A stretch of 64,000 nt of DNA, taken from Octopus sinensis. Taxonomy: Eukaryota. The stretch's first letter is position 1. Each line of letters begins with the position of its first letter. Below the pieces are notes generated by a model that was given only the letters and a program-made list of their open reading frames with translations, was not told where the DNA came from and did no database searches. The position numbers and the translations under genes are program-made. The stretch lies in assembly GCF_006345805.1 (NCBI RefSeq), contig NC_043009.1, positions 64,480,001 through 64,544,000 on the forward strand, written 5' to 3'. Below, piece by piece: positions 38,746-53,478 of this stretch.

Positions 38746-39022
38746 AATTAGTTAAAGAGCAAAGCTTTACACACACACAAACAGGATATGAGGGGGTTTA
38801 GTTCACTGGTGATCTAAACGAATAGGTACGCTATGTAAGTGCTATAATTGATTATCCGTTAGGTTCCAAGTTTCACAGCTGAGGCAGGAGCTAGGGATCC
38901 GTATTAGGCTTCCGTGTTACCAGGTAAATATTATATTAGACGGGAAAGGACAACAAAAACCAAGGCAGGACGAGTATCTCAAGTCATTTAGAATAATTTA
39001 ATTAGAGCAAGGAGAATTCGAA

Positions 39023-39098
39023 GTCTTACAGCTGTTTCTGAGATAATCCAAGAGATTGGCTAGCATGTCCGTACACTGGGTATAACGTCATCAGAGAC
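39023..39098 (-). ncRNA. Penelope-type minimal hammerhead ribozyme-like motif
   Basis: GTCT-CTGATGA-[49 nt]-GAAA-C-AGCT-G-TA-AGAC: intact core, palindromic tetraloop stem III, GUA site, 4-bp stem I; stem II closing pair broken. Confidence 0.5.
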
Positions 39099-39696
39099 AA
39101 GGTGAGTATATATGGAAGTTCTAGAAAGAGAAATTCACAGTTTATAAGGAATAAAATAGAAGAATAAAGAGTAAAATAATTGTAATTTGGAGCGATTAAT
39201 TAGAGCAAGACAAATTAACAGCGAAGCATATCCGCAAATTTTTGGATGGACAAATTTTTCTTCGGAAATTGATAGTGAAATAAACGATCAAATTTGCAGC
39301 CAATGCAGGGTTGAAACTGTTGTTCATAGATGTCTGGTTTCAGTGAATGCATGGATGTAACAAAGGAATAATTGGTATATTTTTACGCCGTGCAATTTAT
39401 GGCAAGCAAGAATGAAATGAATGAGTACTACTACTACACGTGTTTCCATAGTATATTTATTCAAGCTATGAATACAATTACGTAAATTGATAGGTAGCAT
39501 TACGTAACTTCGTATTGCTATGAACTACCATTTCTTCGAGTGATGCACTCCTGAATATTTGCCACGTTAAACATCAACAAATATTTGAGCGAGATTACGT
39601 TTCCTGCGGAGTTACGCAATTGCTCTAGTATTTAGCATAATTACGCCATGGCAACGCGTATAGCCATTCATTCTATTCTTACTTAATAGATAGATA

Positions 39697-40724
<1,028 letters not shown>

Positions 40725-40726
40725 TG

Positions 40727-40782
<56 letters not shown>

Positions 40783-41035
40783 CACAGACACAGACACAGA
40801 CACACATACAGATATATATGTAGAGAGAGAGAGAGAGAATAATTCAAATAGATAAAAACCTTGGGTATCATTGTTTCGATATCTGCTCATTCGGATGCCT
40901 CTTTCGGCCACTCTTTACCCTGATGACTTAGTCCTCGTTGACGATATCGGAGTATAAGTTCAAACCATTAAAGCGCTACTGTTTTCTATATTGAGATTCT
41001 CTCGATATCATCTGTTGGTTTTACATGTGTATATA

Positions 41036-41072
<37 letters not shown>

Positions 41073-41390
41073 TTAGGGAATAAATCCAAACTTACAGGGA
41101 AAAATCAGATTTAGGATTAAATCCAATTTTATAGTATAAATATATTATATTATATTAAATTAGAGATAAAACCACTATTAGGCAAATTAAACAGTGAAAA
41201 ACATAAACCAATACTTAAAATTAATTTAAAATATAAAAGTTAAAAATAAAAAACTATTTAAATAATTTAAACTTATAAATTTTATATATATACAAACATA
41301 TATATATGTATGTATGTATATTTTTATATTTATATATTATTTAATTAATTAATTAATTAATTTATTAATTTATTTTTATTTATTTATTTA

Positions 41391-41469
<79 letters not shown>

Positions 41470-41605
41470 AAAGTATTAAAAGTTTATGTGTGTGTATATA
41501 TATATATACAGAAAAACAAAAGACGAAGTCGGGTGTATAAACAACAAGCAGGTGTAATATTTTGACGTTTCACACACGCACACACACACTCTCTCTCTCT
41601 CTCTC

Positions 41606-41639
<34 letters not shown>

Positions 41640-41821
41640 TTCACACACACACACATCTATATCCACACTTCATATTACGGCAAACAAGAATATAGTGAAT
41701 GAACACCACCTTACCGCTCTGTATTAGAGAGCACCTCGTTCAGAAGCATGTGTATAATAAGTCCTACACCAGAGTATTAATATCGCCGAAGCGAAATATA
41801 ATAAATGAATTATATATACAT

Positions 41822-41859
<38 letters not shown>

Positions 41860-42736
41860 TATATATATATATATATATATATTATATAGAGGGCATTATT
41901 ACACATAAATGCCACACGCTAGGAGGGACATTCAAAGTCATTACTACCAAAAATAAACGAATCGTACCGAATCGTTTTTCACGCTAACTACCTGATAATT
42001 TTCTTGTTAAGATTTCTTATAAGATTTTATCCTTAATTGTTAAATTATATATTATATAGAAAATATATATATATATATATATATTATATACATATATGCA
42101 CTCATATATATGTGTAGTATGTATGTATTGTATGTATGTATGTATGTAGGTGTATGTATGTAGGTATATATATATATATATTATATATATATATAGAGAG
42201 AGAGAGGAGAGAGAGAGGAGAGAAAGAGAAAGAAAGAGAGAGAGGGGTGTAGAGAGAGAGAAGAGGGAGAGAGAGAGAGAGAGATGCATAGACAGCACTT
42301 GGATATGAAGATAGACAAAAGTTTGAATAAAACCTGCATCCACAGTTCGGAGTAACGAAATTATTGTTTGGTAGGAACGGTTTTAGTCGAACTTATTTTT
42401 TCGTCTATTCACGTGACTTCCCACACGGTTCAGGTCTGTAACCATGGGGACACTCATGCGAGAAACTGACCAAGTACCTTAGACAATTTAATCGAAAGCA
42501 AATATTTCATTTAAATTTTGGGGTCGATTAAATAAGTACCAGATACGCACTGGGGTCGGCGTAATCGACTTAATCTCTTTGTCTGTCCTTGTTTGTCCCC
42601 TCCCTCCTATGTTTAGCCCCCTCCCCGTGGGCAATAAAGAAATAAATATAAATATTTCATTCAAATTCGTTGGATTTGCTTGTCTGTCTCAAGGACGAAA
42701 GATCATATTTTTACTGAAAGCTGATAATACTAAGTC

Positions 42737-43095
42737 GGTGAGTTGGCAGAAATGTTAGCACGCCGGGCGAAATGCTTAGCGGTATTTCGTCTTCCGCTAC
42801 GTTCTGGGTTCAAATTCCGCCGAGGTCGACTTTCATCCTTTCGGGCTCGATAAATTAAGTACCAGTTACTCACTGGGTCAATCTAATCGACTTAATCCGC
42901 TTGTTCGTCCTCTCTGTGTTTAGCTCCTTGTGAGTAGTAAAGAAATAGGTATTTCGTCTGTCTTTGCGTTCTGAGTTCAAATTTCGCCGAGGTCGACTTT
43001 GCCTTTCATCCTTTCGGGGTCGATAAATTAAGTACCAGTTACGCACTGGGTCAATCTAATCGACTGGCCCCACTTCCTTGTGCCTAGAGTAGAAA
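42737..43095 (+). mobile_element. SINE family B dimer
   Basis: Junction agaaataggtatttcgtctg at 42941-42960. Confidence 0.88.
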
Positions 43096-43361
43096 AGAAA
43101 GCTGATAATACAATTAAATTTAAATGAGCGCTTTAGACTGAAGGAATTAGAGTGAGTGATTCTAACTTGGTGAAAATCTGGACCAGTGGTCCTAAATAGG
43201 GAGTCGTATGACCCTTGGGATCCACATAAGACTCCGTTTAAATTTATCAGTAATAAATTGGTTATATTTCTACAATGCACAAAATATTTTAGCAATAACC
43301 TCTGTTTTAAAAACAAAATTTTTTTTCACAATTCCTAATATTCAATTTATAAAAATATAAC

Positions 43362-43735
43362 AAGCGTGGCTGTGTGTCAAGCAGCTTGCTTCCCAGCCGG
43401 GCTCAGTCCCACTGCATGGCACCTTGGGCAAGTGTTTTATACTATAGCCTCGAGCCGACCAAAGCCTTGTGAGCGGATTTGGTAGACAGAAAGTGGAAGA
43501 AGACCTTCGTATATATATATGTATATGTATATATTTGTGTGTGTGTGTGTTTGTGTTTGTCCTCCTCCATCGTTTGACAATCGATGTTGGTGTTTACGGC
43601 CCCGTAACTTAGCGGTTCGGACCGATAGAATAAGTTCTAGACTTACAAAGAATAAGTCCTGGGGTCGATTTCTTCGACTAACACCCTTTAAGGCGGTTCT
43701 CCAGCATGGCTGCAGTGAAATGGCTGAAGCAAGTT
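43362..43735 (+). mobile_element. SINE family A
   Basis: Head gcgtggctgtgtg...tail ctccagcatggctgcag. Confidence 0.88.
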
Positions 43736-45928
43736 TGAAAAAAATGGATTTATAAAACATCGAACTGCTATAAGGGTAATCTTGAGTAAAATACGAATCA
43801 AAGGGTCCATAGGTAAAAAAAATGATTGGGAACTTCTATACCTGGAAACCGATAGATGCGATTATTCCTAAAGAAAAAGATGCGATGTAAAAGCCGACTA
43901 AATGAGAAGATAATATTCAGATAAATACAGAATCATTAGAAAAAAAAGGGGAAAAACAGAACAAAACAAAGCAAAATATAATTGCTGCAGCAATTATTGG
44001 CTGCTTTCCAAATATGAGAAAAAGGAATTATACCTATCGTATATCCACAAGATTTTTGCTGGCCAATTTTGTGGAGAATAATTTCTTCAATTAATTAAGT
44101 TGATATACAATAAATAACAAAAAAAAACATTGTTATTTCACGTTTATTTAATAAATTTCTTCGCAACTTTTTCATCGTTTTTTCCCTTTCTTCATATTCT
44201 TCATGTTTTTCGTTTAATCTATCTTCTTTTTCTTTTTCAATTCATTCCTTGCGCTTTTGGCTGCCTTTCTCTTTTGTTTTCCTTCATGTATTGCATAAGT
44301 CATCACTTCCTCTAAATTCTCTCCGTTCTCTCTCTCACTCTCTCTCGCTCCCCCTCTCTCTCTGTATATATATAGATCCATCTATTTCTCTCTCTCTCTC
44401 GTATACTTCCTTTCTATACTTTCAGGCGTTATGCAATTAAGACTTCAACTATTAATAGTCGTCTGCTTACGAACTGCTAAACTTTTGTTGCTATCCAATG
44501 TTTTATCGCTCGTCTATCGTAACATAGTTGGTGCATCCTCATCTTTCTCTACGTTCTGTTATTTATTTTTAGTTTATATCTGGGTCACTTCTTGCCAACA
44601 GGATTTGAGGTAATTATAACTTGGATAACTTTGACAGGATTCGACCAGTGGAGGCCCAGTTCCGAATGTAATGTTTACCACTTTATTAGAAACTACAACG
44701 TTGGCTGTCATATGATGTGTACGTGGGGAATATACATTTGTCGTGGTAGGTATTATTGGGTAATGTTATATTTGTATGGTGATTTCAAATTTTGCACGAG
44801 GCCAGCAATTTCGAGGGAGCGAGCGAGAGAGGGAGGGAAGGAGTAAGTTGATTACATTGATCTCAGCATTCAACTGGTACTTATTTTATCGACCCCGAAA
44901 GGGATGAACAACAAAGTGGACCTTAGCAGATTTTGAACTCAGAACGTAAAGACAAACGAAATTCCGCTAAGCATTTTGCCGGTCCGGTAACGATTCTGCC
45001 GGCTCACTACCTCGCCACCTCGAATATGATAAAGATATAAATGCTTCGATTTCCATAATACTTAGTACAAAATAATGAAATAGCAGTTTTTTAACTTAAA
45101 AAAAAACATTTCAGAGAGGAACACGGACATTTATGTCACAAGGCAGCATCAATTTAATCCGTTTCGATCTTATATCTGAAGCTTAACGTTTGCGTCGAAG
45201 AATACAAACATTTCTAATATGACATTATAGCAAATACTTGTATTCCGCAAAAAGTACAGAGTTTGACGTCGTATTTGTTGTGATTTTAGGTACATCCTAA
45301 TTACACATCCTGTCTGGATCGACTTCTTTTGTCGCTAATGTCCATGAAACAAGTACCAACTTAGCACTAGTGACAAATCGTGTTTTATACTCTTTAAACC
45401 ATTAAATCTGTACCACTGAGAAATATTAATATTAATTCTATGATGCCTAGTTTGTCTTTCACTTTTAAGTTATTTTCTGTTGTAAACAAACAGCAGGATT
45501 ATTGTAGTACGATATAAATATGGTTACCCAATATTTGATGGGTTTGGTTAGTTGTCCTTCGAAAGTCGTGGACTCAACAGGGAGATTCACGGGTTGATTA
45601 TTGATATAAAATCGATTCATAGTCCTTAGCAATTTTGCTGCTACTTCTCAAACAAATGGGCCAGTGAGATAGTGGAGAGGCCACTATAATTTCGGGACAC
45701 TGTCATGTTCTCTGGTGAGCCCAGATTTGTTTTATTTTCTGACAGTAATCGAGCGTGGGTCTGGGGACTCTGTGATCAAGGGACTGAACCCTTTCCACCA
45801 TTATTAGTGGAAGGGGTTCAGTCTCACAGCGCGGAACCTTGGATCGACCAAAGCCTTTTGTGAGGGAGTTCGGTTGGGGAAAACTGAAAGAAATCCGTCG
45901 TATATATATATATATATATATATATATA

Positions 45929-46043
45929 CTTTATTTAAAGCAGCAGAAAATTCAACAAAACCTGTTACTCTGAGTTTCCCGTTGCCGTTAAGAGGAAACT
46001 CAGAGTAACAGGTTTTGTTGAATTTTCTGCTGCTTAAATAAAG
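45929..46043. repeat. Palindrome with a perfect 42-bp stem and 14-nt spacer
   Basis: 45938-45979 is the exact reverse complement of 45994-46035. Confidence 0.93.
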
Positions 46044-46134
46044 CATATTACTCTACCACTGGTATTTGAGCACTCTTTTTTCCACCTTGTTTCACATTTA
46101 TGTGTTTACTCCGGTATATATATATATATATATA

Positions 46135-47352
46135 CAGACATAACAGAAGTAAATAGACACCCCACAAAACATTGTTTGATGCTTATTCTAACTTGTAAAG
46201 GTTTATATTCTTTATTAATTGACATTTTTGTTTTTTAGGTTTTATATGTGAATGTTTAATCATACCACGTACCATAAGGAGCCTTGGAACAGTCTGAATT
46301 TCAAAGAGGCTGTATTGTGGATCATTCTGAAGGTAAACATAGTCATCGTGAAATCGCAGGAAACCTTGGGATTCCGTTTTCTACAGTTAATAGAGTGATG
46401 GTGCATTTCACCAAAGAGGAAGAGGAGTCCACTCACCTCGCCCAGGTTGACCAGGGTACTCTGACAGGACCCTTCGCTTTGTTGTGAGAAGTGTTGAGGA
46501 TAATCCTTGTTCCAAGTCCTTTGACATAACAGAACAAGTTGATGTCATTCTCAGAACAGTTGTCACGTAACTCCACGGCCTTGGCTACTATGATAGAGCT
46601 GAAAGAAGGAAGCAACCTCTTCGATCAACCAACAGCAAGGGGAGACTGGATTGGGCCAGTGAGATGGTGGAGAGGCCACTAGCATTTTGGTACATTGCCA
46701 TATTCTCTGATGAGTCCAAATTTCCTTTATTTCCCGACAGTTGTCGAGCGTGGGTCTGGAGACTCTGTGATCAAGAATTTGATATGAAAAGATTGCAGCC
46801 AACATTGAAGCACGACGGCTATTCTGTGATAGTTTGGTGAGCAATGTGGAGCAATGGTCAATCAGAGCTGGTGGAGTGTGAAGGAAACATAAACTCAGAT
46901 AAATACGTGTCCATATTGCAGAAAGGACTCCTAATCTTCTCCAATGATGAAATGATTAAAGAAGATTCTTTATTTATAGAAGACGGAATTCCTTGTCACT
47001 CGGCTAAAAAGACCCAAGGTTTGTTGTAAGAGAATGGTATTAAAAAGCTTCCATGGTCAAGCCAGTCACAAGATATGAGTCCTATTGAACACCTCTGCAG
47101 AATAATAGATAAGCATTTCGAAAACCAGATCTTTTGAGATTACTGCGTGAAGCTTAGCAAGAAATTCCTCAAGAGAATATTTGTCATCTGATCAGTAGCG
47201 TGCCTAATAGGGTCCATGCATTGAAAAATGCAAAGAGTATGTCTACTAAATACTAAATACATTATAATAATCAATAAATAATTTGAATGTATAATTTTAC
47301 ATTAAAATAAATTTAAACGATTATAGCGGTGCCTATTTGCTTCTGTCATCTG
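46135..47352 (+). mobile_element. Decayed Tc1-family DNA transposon, about 1.2 kb
   Basis: [22 protein letters not shown]; FSDESKF; EDGIPCHSAK; WSSQSQDMSPIEHL; imperfect TIRs acagaagtaaatagacacc / ggtgcctatttgcttctgt. Confidence 0.85.
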
Positions 47353-48764
47353 CGTGTGTGTGTGTGTGTGTGTGTGTGTAAGGACCAGAAAAAAAATCAG
47401 TTCTGACGATTTATTTTAAATGCTCTGTAGTTAGTAAGCACCAGGGATGGTGGAATAACAATAGACGTTTAACGAAAATTCGTTTCATCCAGTGACGTCA
47501 TGTAAATTGACGATGACGAAATTAATATTGATGACTACGTAATCGAAAGTGACGATAACGAAATTGAGCCTGACGATGACAAATTTGTGATTGACATTGA
47601 CGAGTTTGAGGTTAATATGGTCGAATTTTAGGAGAAAACCCTCGATATCGCATTATGAGTTATTGAGATTAATCTAGATAGATTAACAGAGAAATAGAGT
47701 GAGTGTGAAACTAATCAACCTAGGCACAGTGCTACAACTGTAACAAAGTGATAATAAGAGATTTGGAATAATAGACTTGATCTGAAATATACTAAACCAA
47801 TCAATGCTGTATTGAATAAAGAGAAACGACGTCTGATAAAACCCAATTATTTCTACTGTAGGTCCAAGGATTTTTGGAGGGCAGTCAGTCGATTGCATCT
47901 GGTACTTATTTTATCGACTCTGAAAGGGTGAAAAGCAAATGCAACCACTGTGGTATTTGAACGCAGAACGTAAAGCCGGAAAAAAATGCCACTCAGCGTT
48001 TTGTTCGGCGTGCTAACGAGTCTGCTACCTCACTACCTTTTAAATAATTCTTTCTGCTGTAGTCGCAAAGCCTGAAATTCTGGGGAGGGGCGAGTCGATT
48101 TCATCGATCACAGAGCTCAGCTGGTACTTTTTTTTTTATCTACCTAAGAAAAAATAAGAGGTGAAGTTGGCTTCGGCGGAATTTGAACTCTGAACGTAAC
48201 GAACTGAAATACTGTTCAGCATCTACTACTGGTCGCTACCAGTTCTGCCAGCTCGCCACCTTAAATATGTAATGGGAGGAAACTCTAACAAACTATAATA
48301 TTAAGTAAAACCTAGAAAATCTGTAAAGGGAGGCTACTCGTTCAACTTATTCAAATGTTTAATATTGAGACAACGCGGCATCTTAACGTCTTTACGTTCA
48401 AATCTCGCTGAGGCATCTTTTCTTTTCATTCTTTTACAACCAATACATAAAGCATTAGTTCAGCTCTAGGATACATTCTTCTTCCTGTTTTTCTCTGAAT
48501 TCTATCCATAATGCTGGTCGTGACGCTGATTCGGTCTGAGAATTACATTATGGGTACACGGGTGCGTGGATTACCCAGCTCCATACACGTTAATTTCACA
48601 AGCGACTGCATTTTAATCCTCAATGGAATGTATAGTAGTCGCGCTGCTTGCGCGGGTTCTTGTGACTCTCTGTCACCATCAAATTCTATTCGATATGAAT
48701 TTGAACTGAGAACCTCTTGGCCATTAGCTGATTGCACAACCATGGATACATGGCAGGTACATTC

Positions 48765-49000
48765 TTGCGGCGATCTGGCAGAAACGTTAGCACGCCGGGC
48801 GAAATGCGTAGCCATATTCCGTCTGCCGTTACGTTCTGAGTTCAAATTCCGCCGTGGTCGACTTTGCCTTTCATCCTTTCGGGGTCGATTAAATAAGTAC
48901 CAGTTACGCACTGGGGTCGATATAATCGACTTCATCCGTTTATCTGTCCTTGTTTGTCCCCTCTGTGTTTAGCCCCTTGTGGGTAGTACAGAAATAGGTA
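48765..49000 (+). mobile_element. SINE family B
   Basis: Full head and body. Confidence 0.9.
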
Positions 49001-49691
49001 CATTCTTGTTAGAGCTTGTTGATCTTCTAGGATTCCTAGCATCGATGTTAAGATACCGTTGGTTCAGGTGATCCCTTCCGATGCCTCTCCACAATCTGCC
49101 ATGGTGGCTGAACGGATGTACACCTTGCCAAAAAGCAACCCGAAACTACGTAGCGTATGGTCGTCACACGTTGAAATGTTTTCAAGATACCTGCAAACTC
49201 ATTATCATCAATACCGACTGAAAATGCATCAGGAAGACAAAAGCTGTTGCTATTCGCTAATAAAAATAATGTTAGAAAATAAAATATAGTTGAAGAAACT
49301 TATTGTAATCACTTTTCGACGGTGCCTTTTAAATAACAACGAATGATTGATAACATTAAGCAGTGGCTATAACAATGACGAGACACTTGAACAACGTGCC
49401 ACACTGTGGTATTGAACCCAAGACCACACGGTCGGGAAGCAGGCTTCTCAACCACACAGCTACGCCTGTGTCTTAAAAAAATAAGTATGGGACGATTCAC
49501 GGATTTGCGTGTCATCCTTTGGCAGATTTCACTGTTGCAAACGTTTGATGTTAGGACTCCGGTTTGGAGTTAAGTTCTTCCTTTCCTATAACCACTCTCA
49601 GAAAACCCGGAAAACAAAACAGTGATGGACGCGGCCCTTCCTATTCCGACTGAGCGTTTAAGAAATTATTATTGAGTATCGTCAAAGTAAG

Positions 49692-49990
49692 TGTAGGCAC
49701 ATGGCCTAGTGGTTAGAGAAGCGGGCTCGCGGTCGAGAGATCGCGCGTTCGAATCTCAGATCGGGCGATGTGTGTGTTTTCATAACGAACTGAACTCCTC
49801 GCGGCTCCGACAGAAGGTAATGGCGAACTTCTGCTGACTCTTTCGCCACAACTTTCTCTCACTCTTTCCTCCTGCATCTTGCGGCTCACCTGCGACAGAC
49901 CGGTGTTTCGTCCAGGCAGGGAACCTATACGCCAAGGAAACCGGGAAAACGGCCCTTGTGAGCCAGGCGTGGCTCGAGAAGGAAGAACCA
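49692..49990 (+). mobile_element. SINE family C-related copy with a tail type 2 variant
   Basis: tggcctagtggttagag...gttcgaatc head; gaaaccgggaaaacggcccttgtgagcc tail. Confidence 0.8.
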
Positions 49991-50462
49991 TCATCAAAGT
50001 ACCTTTGTTTGTTTGTGCTGTAACGGAAAACGAGAAACACTTCCTCAGTTTCCTGATATAGATTCTGCAGTTACCTCCCTTGCATTAATAACTGTTTCCA
50101 CTCTTCTACTTCGTTTCATTGTATTTTATCATAATTCATCGTTGATCCTACACTTGTTCCACTTCGGACGGTTGCAGTCGAACGAATTGACACCAGTTCT
50201 TATTTTCTAAAGCTTGGCTCATAATCTCTTTGGCCGAACTGTTTGCTCACAGGGACATAAACAAACCTATTTACCCATTGAATCGAAGGCAATGAATTAG
50301 AGTGAGCAATTACTACTTTAATATATCTTATTAGTTAAATTGTAATAAATTGTAGATAAATGGGTGTTTGTATATATATAGATTGAAACAGCTGCAAGGG
50401 ATTTTAATGAATTTAATAATTTATATTAAGTTTTTTTTTAATTGTATTCTTATCTTATATAT

Positions 50463-50790
50463 ACTCTTTTACTTGTTTCAGTCATTTGACTGCGGCCATG
50501 CTGGAGCATCGCCTTTAATCGAACAACTCGACCCCGGGACTTATTCTTTTGTAAGCCTAGTACTTATTCTATCGGCCTCTTTTGCCGAACCGCTAAGTAA
50601 CGGGGACATAAACACACCTGCATCGGTTGTCAAGCAATGCTAGGGGTCAAACACAGACACACAAACACATACACGCATATATATATATATATATACATAT
50701 ATACGACGGGCTTCTTTCAGTTTCCATCTACCAAATCCACTCACAAGGCTTTGGTCGGCCCGAGGCTATAGTAGAAGACACTTGCCCAAT
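50463..50790 (-). mobile_element. SINE family A, 5'-truncated
   Basis: Tail and body on the reverse complement. Confidence 0.9.
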
Positions 50791-51104
50791 ATATATTGAA
50801 TTTTATAATATATATGTATTTAATTATGGTTGTCGTTTTGTTAAATAAATAAGTCAATATTCTAATATCCTAAAGCTGATGAACCAACTAAATTGTTTCT
50901 CCATTTTCTTATTTGTATTATAAATTAATGATAAAATATTTCTTTACTTTCACCCATTTAATACAATAAGTAAATTTATTGCATTGCAATTCAAGACATT
51001 TGTGTATTAATAATTTGGGTATTATACCAACAGTATATTGGATAAGTATTATCCCTTAGTAGGTTGGATCCACAACCCCTAACTTACTTGGTGGTATATA
51101 TATG

Positions 51105-51139
<35 letters not shown>

Positions 51140-51171
51140 CTATGAATATATATACATACATATACATGTAA

Positions 51172-51216
<45 letters not shown>

Positions 51217-51369
51217 GGTGGTATAATATATTGTATGTATATATGTATGTATGTATATATGTATATATAATATATATACAAATATATATATATTATATAT
51301 ATATGTGGTGTGTGTGGTGTGTGTGTGTGTGTGGTGTGTGTGTGTGTGTGTGTGTGTGCGTGTGTGTGT

Positions 51370-51685
51370 ATGGAGGCGCAATGGCCTAGTGGTTAGGGCA
51401 GCGGACTCGCGGTCGCAGGATCGCGGTTTCGATTCCCAGACCGGGCGTTGTGAGTGTTTATTGAGCGAAAACACCTAAAAGCTCCACGAGGCTCCGGCAG
51501 GGGGTGGTGGTGATCCCTGCTGTACTCTTTCGCCACAACTTTCTCTCACTCTTTCTTCTGTTGGCCTGCTCGCTTAGCCAGCGGGGTGGCGTCATTTGAA
51601 GGCTAAAACAATGCGAAGCGCATAGTGACCAGCGATATGTAACAACATCTGATGGCCTGGTCGGTCACGGTGATCACGGTGATAT
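51370..51685 (+). mobile_element. SINE family C with tail type 3
   Basis: Same head as 23039; tail ggctaaaacaatgcgaagcgc...ggtcggtcacggtgatcacggtgata. Confidence 0.9.
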
Positions 51686-51698
51686 ATATGTATATATA

Positions 51699-51731
<33 letters not shown>

Positions 51732-52779
51732 ATATATATACAGAGAGAGAGAGAGAGATTAAAGCAGAGTGGCTCTCCCCAGACGCACCAAAAGGTGTTG
51801 GTTTGTTGAATGCTTCTATGTGTGTGGTGGAGGTGGATACCTTATTCGCTCGACCTGTGTGAATCGGTACATTGGCTGTATTGCCTATACCGGGCGTGAA
51901 ATACTCTTGTTAATATACAAACATTTAATAATTGAACCCCACCACCAAAAGAGGTGTGTAACTATATTATATTCTTCCTAAAAACTTGAAAGAGCCATTT
52001 CTAAATCGCTTCCTAAATTTTACAGTTTTGTTTTCGTTGTCCCTGACTGAACACGTCTTTTATCAAAGACATGTTCAGTCAGAGTCCATCCCGTATTTAT
52101 TTAAGTTAAATAAATCTAAGGCTTACATTTTTTTTCTTTTCGAAGACTTCAAAGTCGGTCCTCATTAAGATTTGGTTGTTATTTCTAACAAGTCAAGCGA
52201 TTGAGTGAACGTAGAGGTGCGCCTCGCTTTTACTTCAATTTAATGATGTACTGATTATTTAGTTCTATATTTATTTACTTAAGACCTTCGCTTCCCCTGG
52301 AGCATAAGCCATCGACGACTTTTCTTCGCGGGTCTCCACTCTGAGCTGTCTACTTCTCTCACAGTCATATCAGTGAAAAGAGCGTTTAATAATCTCAACA
52401 CCTTTCTTATGACTTACCATAAGTTCGAGTTGCGACCATTTTCTTTTACATCGTCCGTGTGATTGAATGAGGGAAGAGAGGAAGAAATTACGACTCAGTG
52501 GTTCTTGTTGTAGGAAACAACCTATAAAGCATAGAACTATCTTTCGATAATGATCTGCCCTAAATGTTTGCAGCAGTGTGTACCCTACTAAAAGTCCCCA
52601 GTTGTTGCTGCTAAACCCCGTAGCGGATTTAGCTTAGCTTCTCCGAATGTGGCACAATGTTGGGCGTGTGAGTGACGAAAACCAGCAACGAAATAGCCGA
52701 CAAATTTCTCTCATTTATCTGAAAAGGAAAAGCGCAAGGAACAAGTAGTTATGAACATTACGCTTTGATTATAAGTCTG

Positions 52780-53478
52780 CGGTAAGCTGGCAGAAACGTT
52801 AGCACGCCGGGCGAAATGCGTTGCCGTATTTCGTCTGCCGTTACGTTCTGAGTTCAAATTCTGTCGAGGTCGACTTTGCCTTTCATCCTTTCGGGGTCGA
52901 TTAAATAAGTACCAGTTACGCACTGGGGTCGATATAATCGATTTAATCCGTTTGTCTGTCCTTGTTTGTCCCATCTGTGTTTAGCCCCTTGTGGGTAATA
53001 AAGAAATAGGTATTTCGTCTGCCGCTATGTTCTGAATTCAAATTCCGCTGAAGTTGACTTTGTCTTTAATCCTTTCGGGATAGATTAAATAAGTCCCAGT
53101 TACGCACTGGGGTCGATGTAATCGACTTAATCACTTTGTCTGTCCTTGTTTGTCCCCTCTATATTTAGCCCCATGTAGGTGATAAAGAAATATATGTCTG
53201 CATGGTCAAGACTGACCAGGCTAAAGACAACAAAAAACAAAAGCAATAATTCCAATGATATAAATAATCCTTTCTGTTATAGGCACAAGGCCTGAAACTT
53301 TAAGGGAGGGGGAAATGGTTATATCGATCGCGGTTCTTGTCTAGTACTTATTTCATTGATTCCGAAAGGATGGAAGGCAAAGTTAACCTCGGCGGAATTT
53401 GAACTCAGAACATACAGACGGGTCAAATACCGCTAAGCATTATGTCCGGCGTGCTAACGATTCTACCAACTCGCCGCC
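52780..53478. mobile_element. SINE family B plus-strand dimer (52780-53190) facing a minus-strand copy (53265-53478)
   Basis: Head and body motifs present in both orientations. Confidence 0.88.

Noticed and set aside
48511-48972. 153-aa and 130-aa overlapping ORFs
   Set aside because: Largely SINE B sequence (the recurring FKFRRGRLCLSSFRGR / RPRKDERQSRPRRNLNSER translation)
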